Assembly (NCBI GenBank): GCA_005222975.1
Contig: NJBI01000007.1
Span: 1-64,000 of the forward strand
Length of the DNA stretch: 64,000 nt
Direction of reading: 5' to 3'
From: Promethearchaeota archaeon Loki_b31
GTDB taxonomy: Archaea > Asgardarchaeota > Lokiarchaeia > Sigyniarchaeales > SOKP01
A model generated the notes under the pieces. It did no database searches. It saw nothing but the letters and a program-made list of their open reading frames with translations, and was not told where the DNA came from. A program made the position numbers and the translations under genes. This document shows, piece after piece, positions 39,907 to 50,425 of the stretch. Each line of letters opens with the position of its first letter. Positions within the stretch are counted from its first letter, which is position 1.

Positions 39907-40917
39907 TTGTGCGATAAGAAATTAAATGAAGAAAAGATGGCTATTCTTAAGAAAAATTCGTTATCATTTTTATTCATTGGACACATAGCTATCGACAGTA
40001 TTATTCGATTTAAACAAAAACGAAAACCATCTTTAGGTGGAAGTGTTACTTTTGGCTCGTTAGGGCTTAGAAAATATACAAAGTCAACAAAGATTGGTAT
40101 TATCTCAAATTTAGGAATTATAAATTTTGATAAATCGTTGTTAAAACATTTTGATAACAAGTCTATAGATATTAGCGGTGTGAAATCGTTTGAGACCGAG
40201 AATACTAATTTTGTATTAGATTATTCAAATCATTCAAGAACACTAACCCTCAAATCTAGAAGTCCTAATCTAAGATTTGAAGATATCCCTGAATTTTATA
40301 AAACCAACCTTCCGAATATTATCGTGTTAGTTCCTTTATGTAATGAAGTTTCTTATGAATATGTATCAAAAATATTAGTAGAATTTCCAAATGCTTTTAT
40401 TGGAATTGATTTACAAGGATTTATTAGAAATATTGATGATGATGGGAAAATATCTTACATCTCAGATGAAGCAATTATTGCTAACATGAAAAAAATAATT
40501 AGCTTAATAGGTGATCGATTAATTCTAAAAGGGTCTGAGATTGAAATGAAATTATTATCTGGTGAAGCAGACCTACAAAAAGTAATGGAATTCTTTAAGA
40601 AATTTGAAAATAAGGCTATATTCATCATGACACTGGGAGAAGGAGGATCAATGATATTAAAGAATGGAGAAAAACTGTTAAAAATCCCAGCTTTTAAACC
40701 AAAAACTGTTGTGGATGAAACTGGAGCAGGGGATGTATATTTAGCAGTTTTTGTATATGAACTAATCAATTCTGATAAGTCATGGAATGCGGTTGAAAGT
40801 GCAGGATACATCGCATCAGCGGCAGCATCTTTTTTAATTGAAAAGAAAGGTCCTACGGGGTTTGAAACAAAAAATAAAGTTTTAAAAAGAATAGAAAGTA
40901 AAAATTATGTCAATTAA
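39907..40917 (+). CDS. PfkB family carbohydrate kinase
   Basis: GHIAID, GGSVTFGS, DLQG, TLGEGGS, DETGAGD; the start may be the later ATG (MAILK). Confidence 0.88.
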   Translation: MCDKKLNEEKMAILKKNSLSFLFIGHIAIDSIIRFKQKRKPSLGGSVTFGSLGLRKYTKSTKIGIISNLGIINFDKSLLKHFDNKSIDISGVKSFETENTNFVLDYSNHSRTLTLKSRSPNLRFEDIPEFYKTNLPNIIVLVPLCNEVSYEYVSKILVEFPNAFIGIDLQGFIRNIDDDGKISYISDEAIIANMKKIISLIGDRLILKGSEIEMKLLSGEADLQKVMEFFKKFENKAIFIMTLGEGGSMILKNGEKLLKIPAFKPKTVVDETGAGDVYLAVFVYELINSDKSWNAVESAGYIASAAASFLIEKKGPTGFETKNKVLKRIESKNYVN

Positions 40918-40937
40918 TTACCTTTAAGGATCATACT

Positions 40938-41531
40938 ATGCATATAAATACTCATTTGGGAATAGGGATAATATTAGCCTCAATTTTGAACTATTTTTTC
41001 AATTTTTCTTTGTTTGAATATTTCCTCATCCTTTTACTTTCTTTTATCTGTGATTTCGATGTCTTTTTTTCTCAATTTGCTAAAAATCATAATCACAGAA
41101 TGCTTATTTCACATTCAATAATACCTAGTCTCTTTATCATAGTAATTGGAGTAATTACTAATTGGCCCGCCTTGTACTTCAGTGGTATCGCATATTCTAT
41201 GCATATCGTTATAGATACTTTTGATTGGGGCACTAATTTTTTCTACTTTCAAAAAAAACAAGTTGGATTAAAACTATTAATATCAAAAGAAGAATTTAAC
41301 AATCTTCCTAAATACTTGGCTAAATATAAAAAACCCGAAACCTTTTTTGATGAAAAATATTATAGTAGTAAGATTTGTTTAGGAATTGAAGTTATTTTAT
41401 TTGTACTTATGGTAATATTCATGATTATTTTTGCGTTTCAATATATTTTTCTTATATTCATTTATTTTATTTTTTTATGTTTCCATTTGTATAGACACTT
41501 TCGATTAAAAAGAATTGAATCTTCAGATTAA
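40938..41531 (+). CDS. Membrane-bound metal-dependent hydrolase (YdjM/DUF457-like)
   Basis: TH, DFD, HR..SHS, HIVID motifs with transmembrane helices. Confidence 0.7.
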   Translation: MHINTHLGIGIILASILNYFFNFSLFEYFLILLLSFICDFDVFFSQFAKNHNHRMLISHSIIPSLFIIVIGVITNWPALYFSGIAYSMHIVIDTFDWGTNFFYFQKKQVGLKLLISKEEFNNLPKYLAKYKKPETFFDEKYYSSKICLGIEVILFVLMVIFMIIFAFQYIFLIFIYFIFLCFHLYRHFRLKRIESSD

Positions 41532-41677
41532 TTTTAGCCAGAAAATAATCGATTCCTATACCTTATAAATTAAATGAAAAAAATTTAAGAGTTAAATGTT
41601 AGTTTTAAATTATATCCCACAAAGTGGATGCAAATTAAACTAATTACTTAAAAAAATTAATATAAATGTGATCTTAT

Positions 41678-42115
41678 ATGTCTGAAGGAATGAAAACCAA
41701 AGTTGGATTGTCTTTAGAACAAGAAATGATATTTTCGTGCGACCTTGGGGATATGGAAGTAAAAGATTGCTATGTGGACGATACACATAAGGATGAAGTT
41801 GACATGCTTGGTCCTAACCCTACAAGAATGTTAGGATTAGCCTTATTAGGTTGTTTGAGTGCTAGTTTTATCTTTTGTTTAAAAAAAAGAAATCTTACTT
41901 TAGACGATTTGAAAGCTGAAGCAGAACTAACAATTGCTCGAAACAAAAAAGGTTTCTGGAGAGTTAAAAAGATCGATGTCGAAATTGATATTAAAATTAG
42001 TGATCCTGACACTCGTAAAAGAGCAGATCAATGTAGAAAGATGTTCGAAGAATACTGCGTTGTAACTCAAGCCGTTCGAGAAGGTATTGATGTTGAAGTG
42101 AATGTTAATTATTAA
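41678..42115 (+). CDS. OsmC family protein
   Basis: GPNP..L..ALLGC and EEYCVVT (two Cys). Confidence 0.88.
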   Translation: MSEGMKTKVGLSLEQEMIFSCDLGDMEVKDCYVDDTHKDEVDMLGPNPTRMLGLALLGCLSASFIFCLKKRNLTLDDLKAEAELTIARNKKGFWRVKKIDVEIDIKISDPDTRKRADQCRKMFEEYCVVTQAVREGIDVEVNVNY

Positions 42116-42193
42116 TTCTTTTTATTATTTCTTTTATAACTTTTTTAATTTGTGTATAAATTAGTTTCTTGAATAATAAATTAAGTACATAAT

Positions 42194-43207
42194 TTAATCG
42201 GTTATACCACCATCAGTTATTGAGAATACAGCTTCTCCTTCGGGTAAATGGGGGGCATCAACCATTTTTGCTACTCTCTGTTCTCCTTTTCCCTTTCTTA
42301 AATAAATTCTTATCGTAGCACCGTGGGCCATTATATGCCCTCCCGTATGAGTTGTTGGGTTTCCATAGAATACATCTGGTTTCGAAGAAACTTGGTTTGT
42401 AATCATTATTGCCAACTCGTCAAATATTTCTGTTAACCTTAATAAATCATGTATGTGAGTGTTGAGTATTTGTTGTCGATTTGCCAAAGTGCCCCTCCCT
42501 ACATATTCGCTTCGAAAGTGCCCAATTATTGAATCTATAATTATTAGTTTGATATTCCTTTCTTTAATTATCTTTGAAGCTTCTTGTGCTAGCAGGACTT
42601 GGTGATCAGAATTATAAGCTCTCCCAACAGTAATATTCCGTAAAACTTGATTATGATCTAAATCTTTAGCTTCGGCCATTTGGACTATTCTTTCTGGTCT
42701 AAAAGTTCCTTCCGAATCGATATAAAGGGCATTACCTTCTAAACCTCCTTCTTCGTAGGGTAGTTGAACATTTACACAGAGTTGGTGCGCTATTTGGGTT
42801 TTTCCCGTCCTATATTCACCATAAAACTCAGTTAAAGAACCCGGTTCAATCCCTCCTGCTAATAATTCGTCTAATGTATGACTACTTGTTGTTAACCGAT
42901 TCAAATGCTTTCTTTTTTCCCATATAATATCAGCGCTTTTAAATCCCATTTTTTCAATGTCTTGAGCAGCTTTAACAATTTTTTGAGCTGTTTTTTCTCC
43001 AATTCCCGCTTTCTCCATTAATTTAGAAATTGGATAAATTGCAAGATATTTGATCGAGACAATTCCTGCGTCCTTTAACTTTTTTATCGTAACATCTCCT
43101 ACTCCCGGTAAATCCTTTAGTTCGTATTTTACCTCCGTTTTTATTGCGTCTTCACTGTTATTTTCTTCTAAATCAACTTTTTTTTTTGCCATGATTTTAC
43201 CAAACAC
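42194..43207 (-). CDS. radA: DNA repair and recombination protein RadA
   Basis: N-terminal HhH (LPGVG), GEYRTGKTQ, YIDSEGTFRPER, FRSEYVGRGTLANRQ; the real start is probably ATG 43192. Confidence 0.95.
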   Translation of the reverse strand: MFGKIMAKKKVDLEENNSEDAIKTEVKYELKDLPGVGDVTIKKLKDAGIVSIKYLAIYPISKLMEKAGIGEKTAQKIVKAAQDIEKMGFKSADIIWEKRKHLNRLTTSSHTLDELLAGGIEPGSLTEFYGEYRTGKTQIAHQLCVNVQLPYEEGGLEGNALYIDSEGTFRPERIVQMAEAKDLDHNQVLRNITVGRAYNSDHQVLLAQEASKIIKERNIKLIIIDSIIGHFRSEYVGRGTLANRQQILNTHIHDLLRLTEIFDELAIMITNQVSSKPDVFYGNPTTHTGGHIMAHGATIRIYLRKGKGEQRVAKMVDAPHLPEGEAVFSITDGGITD

Positions 43208-43293
43208 AAAATTAGTGTAATTTTAATTGTACTGTCAATAATTTATTGTTTAATAAATATAAAAATAATAACAAAAAAATAAAAAATATAAAG

Positions 43294-43983
43294 TTATTTC
43301 TTTTTCTGAACTTCCTTGCCGCTCTTAGTTATTAGTAGTAGTAGAACAAATAATAGCACACTCATAAGAAATGTCAACATTGCCATCGCTCCCGGCAACC
43401 AAACGTAGCTTAAATAGAGAAAAGGTGGGATAAATAAACCAATTATGATAATAAAAACTGGCAAAGGCACATCCTCACCCTTTAGATCTACGAATAATGG
43501 AACAATTACTAAACCAATCAAAACAGATGCTGTAACTCTAAAAGCAAACAACATGGTGGAGTTTACCCAACCTTCAATTGCAAAAGCACTTGTGTAAGTG
43601 TCTGGTAAATAAAAAAACCAATATAGAGTAGTGTTAGTTTGCATTGTATCAAGAGATACTGGTAAAATCGCAGTAAGAATTAATTGTATTATAATTGCTA
43701 AAACTAAGTATAAAACAACATCATTAATTTCCTTTTTCTCTTTTGTTACGCCATATAAATCTCGTAATAAACAGAAAATCCAAAGAATAAATAATAATAA
43801 ATATACGCCAAGAACATCAAATTGAAGAAACCATAAGACATTAATGGGTATTAGAGCCACGATGTACGCTAGATAACCATATCTTTCGTTCCTCTTGAAT
43901 AGATCAAAAAATAAAAAAACACCATATATTACGAAAAGAGTTGCTACAATTATTATAGCATTTATTAGTTCAAATTCAGCCAC
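43294..43983 (-). CDS. Hypothetical polytopic membrane protein
   Basis: About 7 hydrophobic segments over 229 aa. Confidence 0.7.
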   Translation of the reverse strand: MAEFELINAIIIVATLFVIYGVFLFFDLFKRNERYGYLAYIVALIPINVLWFLQFDVLGVYLLLFILWIFCLLRDLYGVTKEKKEINDVVLYLVLAIIIQLILTAILPVSLDTMQTNTTLYWFFYLPDTYTSAFAIEGWVNSTMLFAFRVTASVLIGLVIVPLFVDLKGEDVPLPVFIIIIGLFIPPFLYLSYVWLPGAMAMLTFLMSVLLFVLLLLITKSGKEVQKKK

Positions 43984-44113
43984 TATAAAAACTTCCTTTT
44001 AATTAATTATTTTAATTTTATTAATAATAATATAACGACATGTTATTTTAAATATAATTCCATTAGAAAGGATTTAAGTTTTAAAATAGTTTATTTTTTC
44101 TCCTTCTAATTAA

Positions 44114-45499
44114 TTATAGTTTCGAAATTATTTTAGATAAATCGTTTATCATTTTTACTGATTTGCTCTTATCTTCTGACTCTGCTGATAACAAGATTGC
44201 ATTTCTGTTTAAAGCTACTTTAATGTTTACGTACACGCCTTCACCAATTATTTTTAACTCATTTATGATATCTTGGTACTTTAATTCGTGTTCATCGACG
44301 AATTCAATTAACCTATTATGAATTGTTTCTATGATTTCTGCTGAAACGGGTATTGTTTTATTAACTTTTATCCCATTAGGAAAACCAATTGTAAGGGAAC
44401 TAATTAAATCTTTTTGCTCTGCCATTATTTCAAGAATTTTAAGTAAGATATAATTAGCATCTGAAAAAGGTGCATAATGTGGAAAATAAAATTTCAAAGA
44501 TTCAGAGGCGGCAAGACAAGCTCTCTCTTGTCTAATTTGCCTTGAAAGCTCTCCGGGATAATTCTCTACAAGTTTAGTTGGATGTCCACTTTCTTCTATA
44601 TAACTTTTAACGACGGGAGAAATCGAGGGAGTTAGAATAACCGTACTATTTCTAGATTTTTGAATTCTCTTATCAAATGCGATAAATAACATTAACAAAT
44701 TTTCATAGCTAATTTCTAATCCATTTTCATCCACTACTAATATCCTTGATCCATCGACGTCAAAACACACACCTAAATGGCTATTTGAGGCTTTTACGAT
44801 GTCCGCAGTATTTTTTATGGTATTTATACTTGGTACGGGTACTAAAGATCTTTCCCGGTAATGAGTGTTTAGCGCAATTACTTCAACTCCTATCTCGTTA
44901 ATTAATATTGGAGTAATATTTCCAGTTGGACTAAATGAGCAATCAACTACTATCTTTAAACGCGCTTCTTTTATTATTTTTTTATTAACAAATTGTTCTA
45001 ATGATTTAATGTACACATCTTGAGTTTGAGGGATCGCAATTATGCGCCCTATCCTTCGTGGTTCTGCCCGCCTAATTTGCGCGGGGAAATTACGGTATGA
45101 ATCAATGATTTTTTTTATTTCGACAAGGGATAACTCAATTCCTCCAGCGTCTACAAATCTAATACCCACATCTTCGCTATATAGATGTCCTCCTGAAAAA
45201 TATGCCCCTCCACTTGCGCCAAATCTTCTAATCGTAAATTCTAATAAAGGAAATGTGCAATTGGACAGATTTAAAACATTTACTCCCGTACTCATAACAC
45301 CCGAAGTATAAGCTCTTTTTAACATGCGGCTGTCGTTATGGTAATCGCGTCCAATTACGATTGTTTCATCTAATTGAAATGAACTTCCATGAATAGATCC
45401 AATAGAGCTGGCTATTTCAGGAGTAAATATATAGTTTGCTCTTCCTACAATTCGTCCGTTTTTGTTCAATTCATCTAGATTTTGGACGCGCGCACACAT
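44114..45499 (-). CDS. Phosphohexomutase (PGM/PMM)-fold protein lacking the catalytic Ser
   Basis: IGRDY..SRMLKRA and VVDC motifs present; SGGHLYS replaces (T/S)ASHNP; FDVDGSR replaces DxDxDR. Confidence 0.8.
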   Translation of the reverse strand: MCARVQNLDELNKNGRIVGRANYIFTPEIASSIGSIHGSSFQLDETIVIGRDYHNDSRMLKRAYTSGVMSTGVNVLNLSNCTFPLLEFTIRRFGASGGAYFSGGHLYSEDVGIRFVDAGGIELSLVEIKKIIDSYRNFPAQIRRAEPRRIGRIIAIPQTQDVYIKSLEQFVNKKIIKEARLKIVVDCSFSPTGNITPILINEIGVEVIALNTHYRERSLVPVPSINTIKNTADIVKASNSHLGVCFDVDGSRILVVDENGLEISYENLLMLFIAFDKRIQKSRNSTVILTPSISPVVKSYIEESGHPTKLVENYPGELSRQIRQERACLAASESLKFYFPHYAPFSDANYILLKILEIMAEQKDLISSLTIGFPNGIKVNKTIPVSAEIIETIHNRLIEFVDEHELKYQDIINELKIIGEGVYVNIKVALNRNAILLSAESEDKSKSVKMINDLSKIISKL

Positions 45500-45756
45500 T
45501 TCACATCATTATAATTTCGTATTAAAAAAACTAATTAAAAAACTAATTAATATAGCTAGTTTTGATTTAATAACTTTAACTGTTAAAAATTAGGAATGAT
45601 TTATGTTATTAAATATTATCAAAAAATTAGTAATTTCGAAATAGTTAAACGCGATAATCACTCTCTTTTAGAATGAAATCTTTTAAAAACTGTTCATTAG
45701 ATAATTAATATTAACAAAAAATAAAAAAAATTCTAAGGCAAAAAAGGGAAATACCT

Positions 45757-48700
45757 ATGAAAATTTCGAGAGATGCAAGAAATAGACATGTATTTGATGA
45801 ATTCAAATTTTCTGAAAATGGAAGTATTGAATTTGATGGTGATATACATTTAGTTAGATTATTTGTGCAGAAATTGAATCAAAAGAAAGACTTAGTGAAT
45901 TATCCAGAAATGGCAATCCGAATAGGAGAATTTAACGGGATGGCATTAATATATGAAATTAAAAAATATTTGCTTGATTTGTACAAAGAAGAAACAAAGA
46001 ATCCATCTTTAAACCGTGAACTTTTTGATTACTTGAAAAAAAGAATAGGGCCTCCTAAACTTAATAGTGCAATTTACTCATTAATCGATGAATTTCCTCC
46101 CGAAAGTATCTATCATCAAGAGAAAGTTGATATCGATCAATTCTTGAAAGAAAAAATCGATGGTGTTGAAAATGAAATCCAATTTGTCGAGGAATTTTTA
46201 AATCTTTGGCTTGGAAATATAAACCCTTCTTTCTCACCATACATTGAACTATTTGATGATGGTTTGCTAGAAAAGAGGACGGTATACAGGGAAATAATTA
46301 ACGAAACAAAGGAATTTTTCAATGGTAAATCTAAATTTGGTCCAAATAATCAAAATTTAATTGAAATGTTAAATGAGCCTACACTCAAATATCCACATTC
46401 AATTCGCGAACAATTAGAATATATACATGAACATTGGGGCGAAAAATTAGGGAAATATTTGTTTAGAATCTTGGTCGCCATCGATATTATACGAGAAGAA
46501 GAGATGTTAAGAGGATTAGGACCTGGTAAGTCAAAAGCTTATGAATACGACATAATGGAACTTGAAAATTACACTCGCGATAAAGAATGGATGCCTAAAG
46601 TTGTGATGATTGCTAAGAATGTTTATGTTTGGATGGACCAACTTTCAAAAAAGTATCAAAGATCTATAACAAAGCTATACGAAATACCAAATGAAGAATT
46701 AGATCAATTAAAGGAATGGGGGTTTACAGGACTTTGGCTTATTGGACTATGGGAAAGAAGTCAGGCATCAAAAACAATTAAACGTTGGTGTGGCAATCCA
46801 GAAGCAGAAGCTAGCGCTTATTCAACATACGATTATGCAATCGCGCATGACTTAGGTGGTTATGAATCCTATAAAAATTTAAGAGATAGAGCAATGGCGA
46901 GGGGTATTCGTCTTGCTTGTGATATGGTTCCAAACCATACGGGCATCGTTTCAAAATGGATAATAGAACATCCTGATTGGTACATTTCTTTACACTATCC
47001 TCCATTTCCTTCTTATAGTTTTTCAGGAGAAAATTTATCTGGTGATCCTAATAAAGGGATATTTTTAGAAGACAAATATTTTTCTAGAACTGATGCTGCG
47101 GTTACATTTAAACATGTAGACTTTAAAACGGGAGAAGATAAATATATTTACCACGGAAATGATGGAACTAGTTTTCCATGGAATGATACTGCTCAATTAA
47201 ACTTTTTAAAGCCTGAAGTGAGAGAGGCTGTTATACAAACTATACTTCATGTTTCCAGAATGTTTCCAATTATTCGTTTTGATGCTGCTATGACACTTAC
47301 GAGAAAGCATTATCAACGATTATGGTTTCCAGAACCGGGAACTGGAGGAGCTATTCCTTCAAGAGCTGAACAAGGTATATCAAAAGAAGATTTCTATAAA
47401 GAAATGCCGAAGGAGTTTTGGCGTGAAGTTGTAGATAGGATCAATAAAGAAAATCCAGACACTTTACTTTTAGCAGAAGCATTTTGGTTGCTTGAAGGAT
47501 TCTTTGTGAGAACTCTAGGAATGCATCGTGTATATAATTCTGCCTTTATGAATATGCTTCGCGACGAAGATAACGCTATGTACCGATTAGTCTTAAAAAA
47601 CACTTTAGAATTTGATCCTGAAATTCTTAAACGATTTGTTAATTTCATGAATAATCCAGATGAAGAAACTGCTATTAAACAATTTGGAGATGGAGGTAAA
47701 TATTTCGGCGTTTGCTTAATGCTCATAACTATGCCTGGCTTACCCATGTTTGGACACGGTCAAATAGAAGGATTTCATGAAAAATACGGCATGGAATATA
47801 GACGTGCTTACTGGGATGAAACGGTTAATTCGGGCTTACTTCAACGGCACGAAGACATAATTTTTCCTATAATGAAGAAACGCTACATTTTTGCTAGTGT
47901 GAATAATTTTTTATTATATGATTTTTGGAGTGGTAATGTGGTTAATGAAGATGTATTTGCTTACTCAAACAGAGTTAATAATGAACGAGCTTTGGTTATT
48001 TATCATAATAAGTTCGCTGAAACAAAAGGTTTTATTAGAAATTCTGTTGGATTTGCTGATAAGCTAACAGAAGATAAAGTTATAATTCAAAAAACTTTAA
48101 TAGACGGTTTAGGTTTACCTAAAGAGGAATATTGCATCTTTAAAGATTATTTAACTGGGTTAGAATATATTAGACGAAATAGAGACCTACACGAACAAGG
48201 AATGTATTTAGAGCTTCAAGCATATCAATTGTTTTTATTTATGGATTTCCAAACAGTCCAAGATAATGAATTTTTTCATTATGCTCAATTGCATGATTTA
48301 TTAGGGGGAAAAGGAGTTTATAATATTAATGAAACTCTGCACGAGATAATCTATCAACCATTACACGAGAAATTTAGAGAAATAGTTAATACACCTAATT
48401 TTAAAAATTTATTAAACCCTAAAAAAGCAGAACAGGTAGTAGAAGCTATTAGCGATAAATTAAATCCATTTTTAAAAGAAGTTAAAAACTACTCTTCGAG
48501 TAAAAAAGATGTTACAAGAGTTAAAAAAGAAATAGTTGAAAAATTAAAAGTAATATCAAGATTGGAACAAAATTTAAAGCATATAAAAAATAACCAGGAA
48601 TTAACACATATTTATGAGAAAATACTTCCTAATTCTAAATTTGAATGGGGGATACTCTTATCTTGGCTATTTATTCACCAATTAGGAAGGGTAGTTTCAG

Positions 48701-49167
48701 ATAAGAATTATGAACTGCAAAGTCGTAGTTGGTTTGACGAATGGAGGCTCTCCAAATATATTAAAAATATCCTAGAAGAGTTATCCATAAAAGAAGAAGA
48801 GAAAACGCAAGATGGAATTTCTATTATTAAACTAATGGTAACTCTACAAAACTGGTCTGCTTCAAATAAATATACCGAAACAAACTTATATTCCATCTTT
48901 CAATCATTTTTCAGCGAGCCTGAAGTACAACAATATTTAAATGTCAATAGATATCACAATCTTTTATGGTTTAGCGCAGAATTGTTCGACACATTCGTCA
49001 GATGGATGTTTTTAATTGCTGTAATAGATAGGCTAGCCCAATCTAAAGAAAGTGCGGTTAATGAAATAAAAGCGTTACTAGAAGACTATCAAAAACTTAT
49101 AAAAATCGCGAAAACCTCGAAATATCAAGTTAATAAGTTTCTAGAATGTCTACAAAGTTTATCATAG
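45757..49167 (+). CDS. Large GH13 alpha-amylase family protein
   Basis: DMVPNH, IRFDAAM, LAEAFW, NNPDE; long N- and C-terminal extensions. Confidence 0.9.
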   Translation: MKISRDARNRHVFDEFKFSENGSIEFDGDIHLVRLFVQKLNQKKDLVNYPEMAIRIGEFNGMALIYEIKKYLLDLYKEETKNPSLNRELFDYLKKRIGPPKLNSAIYSLIDEFPPESIYHQEKVDIDQFLKEKIDGVENEIQFVEEFLNLWLGNINPSFSPYIELFDDGLLEKRTVYREIINETKEFFNGKSKFGPNNQNLIEMLNEPTLKYPHSIREQLEYIHEHWGEKLGKYLFRILVAIDIIREEEMLRGLGPGKSKAYEYDIMELENYTRDKEWMPKVVMIAKNVYVWMDQLSKKYQRSITKLYEIPNEELDQLKEWGFTGLWLIGLWERSQASKTIKRWCGNPEAEASAYSTYDYAIAHDLGGYESYKNLRDRAMARGIRLACDMVPNHTGIVSKWIIEHPDWYISLHYPPFPSYSFSGENLSGDPNKGIFLEDKYFSRTDAAVTFKHVDFKTGEDKYIYHGNDGTSFPWNDTAQLNFLKPEVREAVIQTILHVSRMFPIIRFDAAMTLTRKHYQRLWFPEPGTGGAIPSRAEQGISKEDFYKEMPKEFWREVVDRINKENPDTLLLAEAFWLLEGFFVRTLGMHRVYNSAFMNMLRDEDNAMYRLVLKNTLEFDPEILKRFVNFMNNPDEETAIKQFGDGGKYFGVCLMLITMPGLPMFGHGQIEGFHEKYGMEYRRAYWDETVNSGLLQRHEDIIFPIMKKRYIFASVNNFLLYDFWSGNVVNEDVFAYSNRVNNERALVIYHNKFAETKGFIRNSVGFADKLTEDKVIIQKTLIDGLGLPKEEYCIFKDYLTGLEYIRRNRDLHEQGMYLELQAYQLFLFMDFQTVQDNEFFHYAQLHDLLGGKGVYNINETLHEIIYQPLHEKFREIVNTPNFKNLLNPKKAEQVVEAISDKLNPFLKEVKNYSSSKKDVTRVKKEIVEKLKVISRLEQNLKHIKNNQELTHIYEKILPNSKFEWGILLSWLFIHQLGRVVSDKNYELQSRSWFDEWRLSKYIKNILEELSIKEEEKTQDGISIIKLMVTLQNWSASNKYTETNLYSIFQSFFSEPEVQQYLNVNRYHNLLWFSAELFDTFVRWMFLIAVIDRLAQSKESAVNEIKALLEDYQKLIKIAKTSKYQVNKFLECLQSLS

Positions 49168-49189
49168 AAGTCTTTACTTTATGTATAAT

Positions 49190-49642
49190 CTAGAAAGGAG
49201 TAAATAGATAAAAACCTTCAGTAAACCACACTCCAAGGAAAAAATATATGCTTACATATATAATTACCATTATTACTCTTTCACTTATCATCACAATAAT
49301 AGCTACTACTAAAGAACCCCAATATTCTTTCTCATAAAAAGAATGCACGATAAAAATTCCAATTATTACATTTATTATGAAAATTAATAAACCAATTATT
49401 AGATAAATTGAAGTTATCTCATCCATAGTCAAACTTAATCCAATAAAGAGAGGAGGTGCGATGAAAATAATTAACAAGCTTATAACAACTAAGAAGATTA
49501 TCCATACTAAATTAACTAGAAACCCCCTTCTAAAAGAGCTTTCCCATTTTAGCTTTATCGCAAGCCAGTTAGTATACAGTGCTCTTAAAATTAATATTAT
49601 TATTAAAATTACGATATCTACAAGAATACTAATAGGGTCCAT
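49190..49642 (-). CDS. Hypothetical 4-TM membrane protein
   Basis: Hydrophobic ORF; similar to the adjacent 49695..50156 (LVNxxW, FY motifs). Confidence 0.65.
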   Translation of the reverse strand: MDPISILVDIVILIIILILRALYTNWLAIKLKWESSFRRGFLVNLVWIIFLVVISLLIIFIAPPLFIGLSLTMDEITSIYLIIGLLIFIINVIIGIFIVHSFYEKEYWGSLVVAIIVMISERVIMVIIYVSIYFFLGVWFTEGFYLFTPF

Positions 49643-49694
49643 AATCTCATACCTTTATTGATTTTTAATTTTGCTTAATTTTAATTATTTGTAG

Positions 49695-50156
49695 TTAATT
49701 GAATTGAAAAACATAAAATGAAATAATTTCCTCTGTTGTTAAAATAAGAATAATGCTTAATACATTAGCCACTATAATTCGAATGAAAACCTGGATCGAA
49801 ATTACAGCTAAAGTTATAAAAATCGAGTCTTTATGACCACTTTTGTAAAAAACCTTGATTAGCAGTGCGATAACTATAAAATTTATAATTAACACCACTA
49901 CCGAAATGATAACGTTAACAAATGCAATTAAGTTCAAATCTGCGCCAATAGAATTTAAATAATTCAATATCAAACCGATCAAAAAACTTAAAACAAAGAA
50001 CATAATTAAAAACCAGATCACATTAACTAATATTGCAGTTTTATATGGTTTACGATACTCGAATTTGTCTGTAAAAAATTTAGTTAAAAAAATACCTCCA
50101 AAAAGGATTATATAACCAAAAATAGCATTTATAGTAATAAAAATTATATCTGACAT
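49695..50156 (-). CDS. Hypothetical 4-TM membrane protein (tandem paralogue)
   Basis: Hydrophobic ORF; LVNVIW and IKVFY match the neighbour. Confidence 0.65.
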   Translation of the reverse strand: MSDIIFITINAIFGYIILFGGIFLTKFFTDKFEYRKPYKTAILVNVIWFLIMFFVLSFLIGLILNYLNSIGADLNLIAFVNVIISVVVLIINFIVIALLIKVFYKSGHKDSIFITLAVISIQVFIRIIVANVLSIILILTTEEIISFYVFQFN

Positions 50157-50330
50157 AAATTTATGAATGACTTGTATGAGTTATTTGAATTCTCTTCTTT
50201 AAGTAAATATAAAATCATTTATAAAGATTTCCTTAATCAAATCACGAAAAAAAACCCATTAAATTCCCCATAACCTTTTAATGAATTATTTTTGAGTTAT
50301 AATTCTTATTAAATAAAAATAGGCATACTT

Positions 50331-50400
50331 TTAATTATACATTAATACCAAGATCAAGTGTTTTATCTCGGATTTGATTGTCATCACTTATTTTGCTATT
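50331..50400 (-). repeat. 70-bp duplicate of the 3' end of the NDP-sugar pyrophosphorylase gene
   Basis: 65/70 identical to 51659-51728; encodes NSKISDDNQIRDKTLDLGINV* versus NSKISDDNQIRDKTLDLGTNI*. Confidence 0.92.
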
Positions 50401-50425
50401 AGTACCTTGAACAGATTACTATTTT

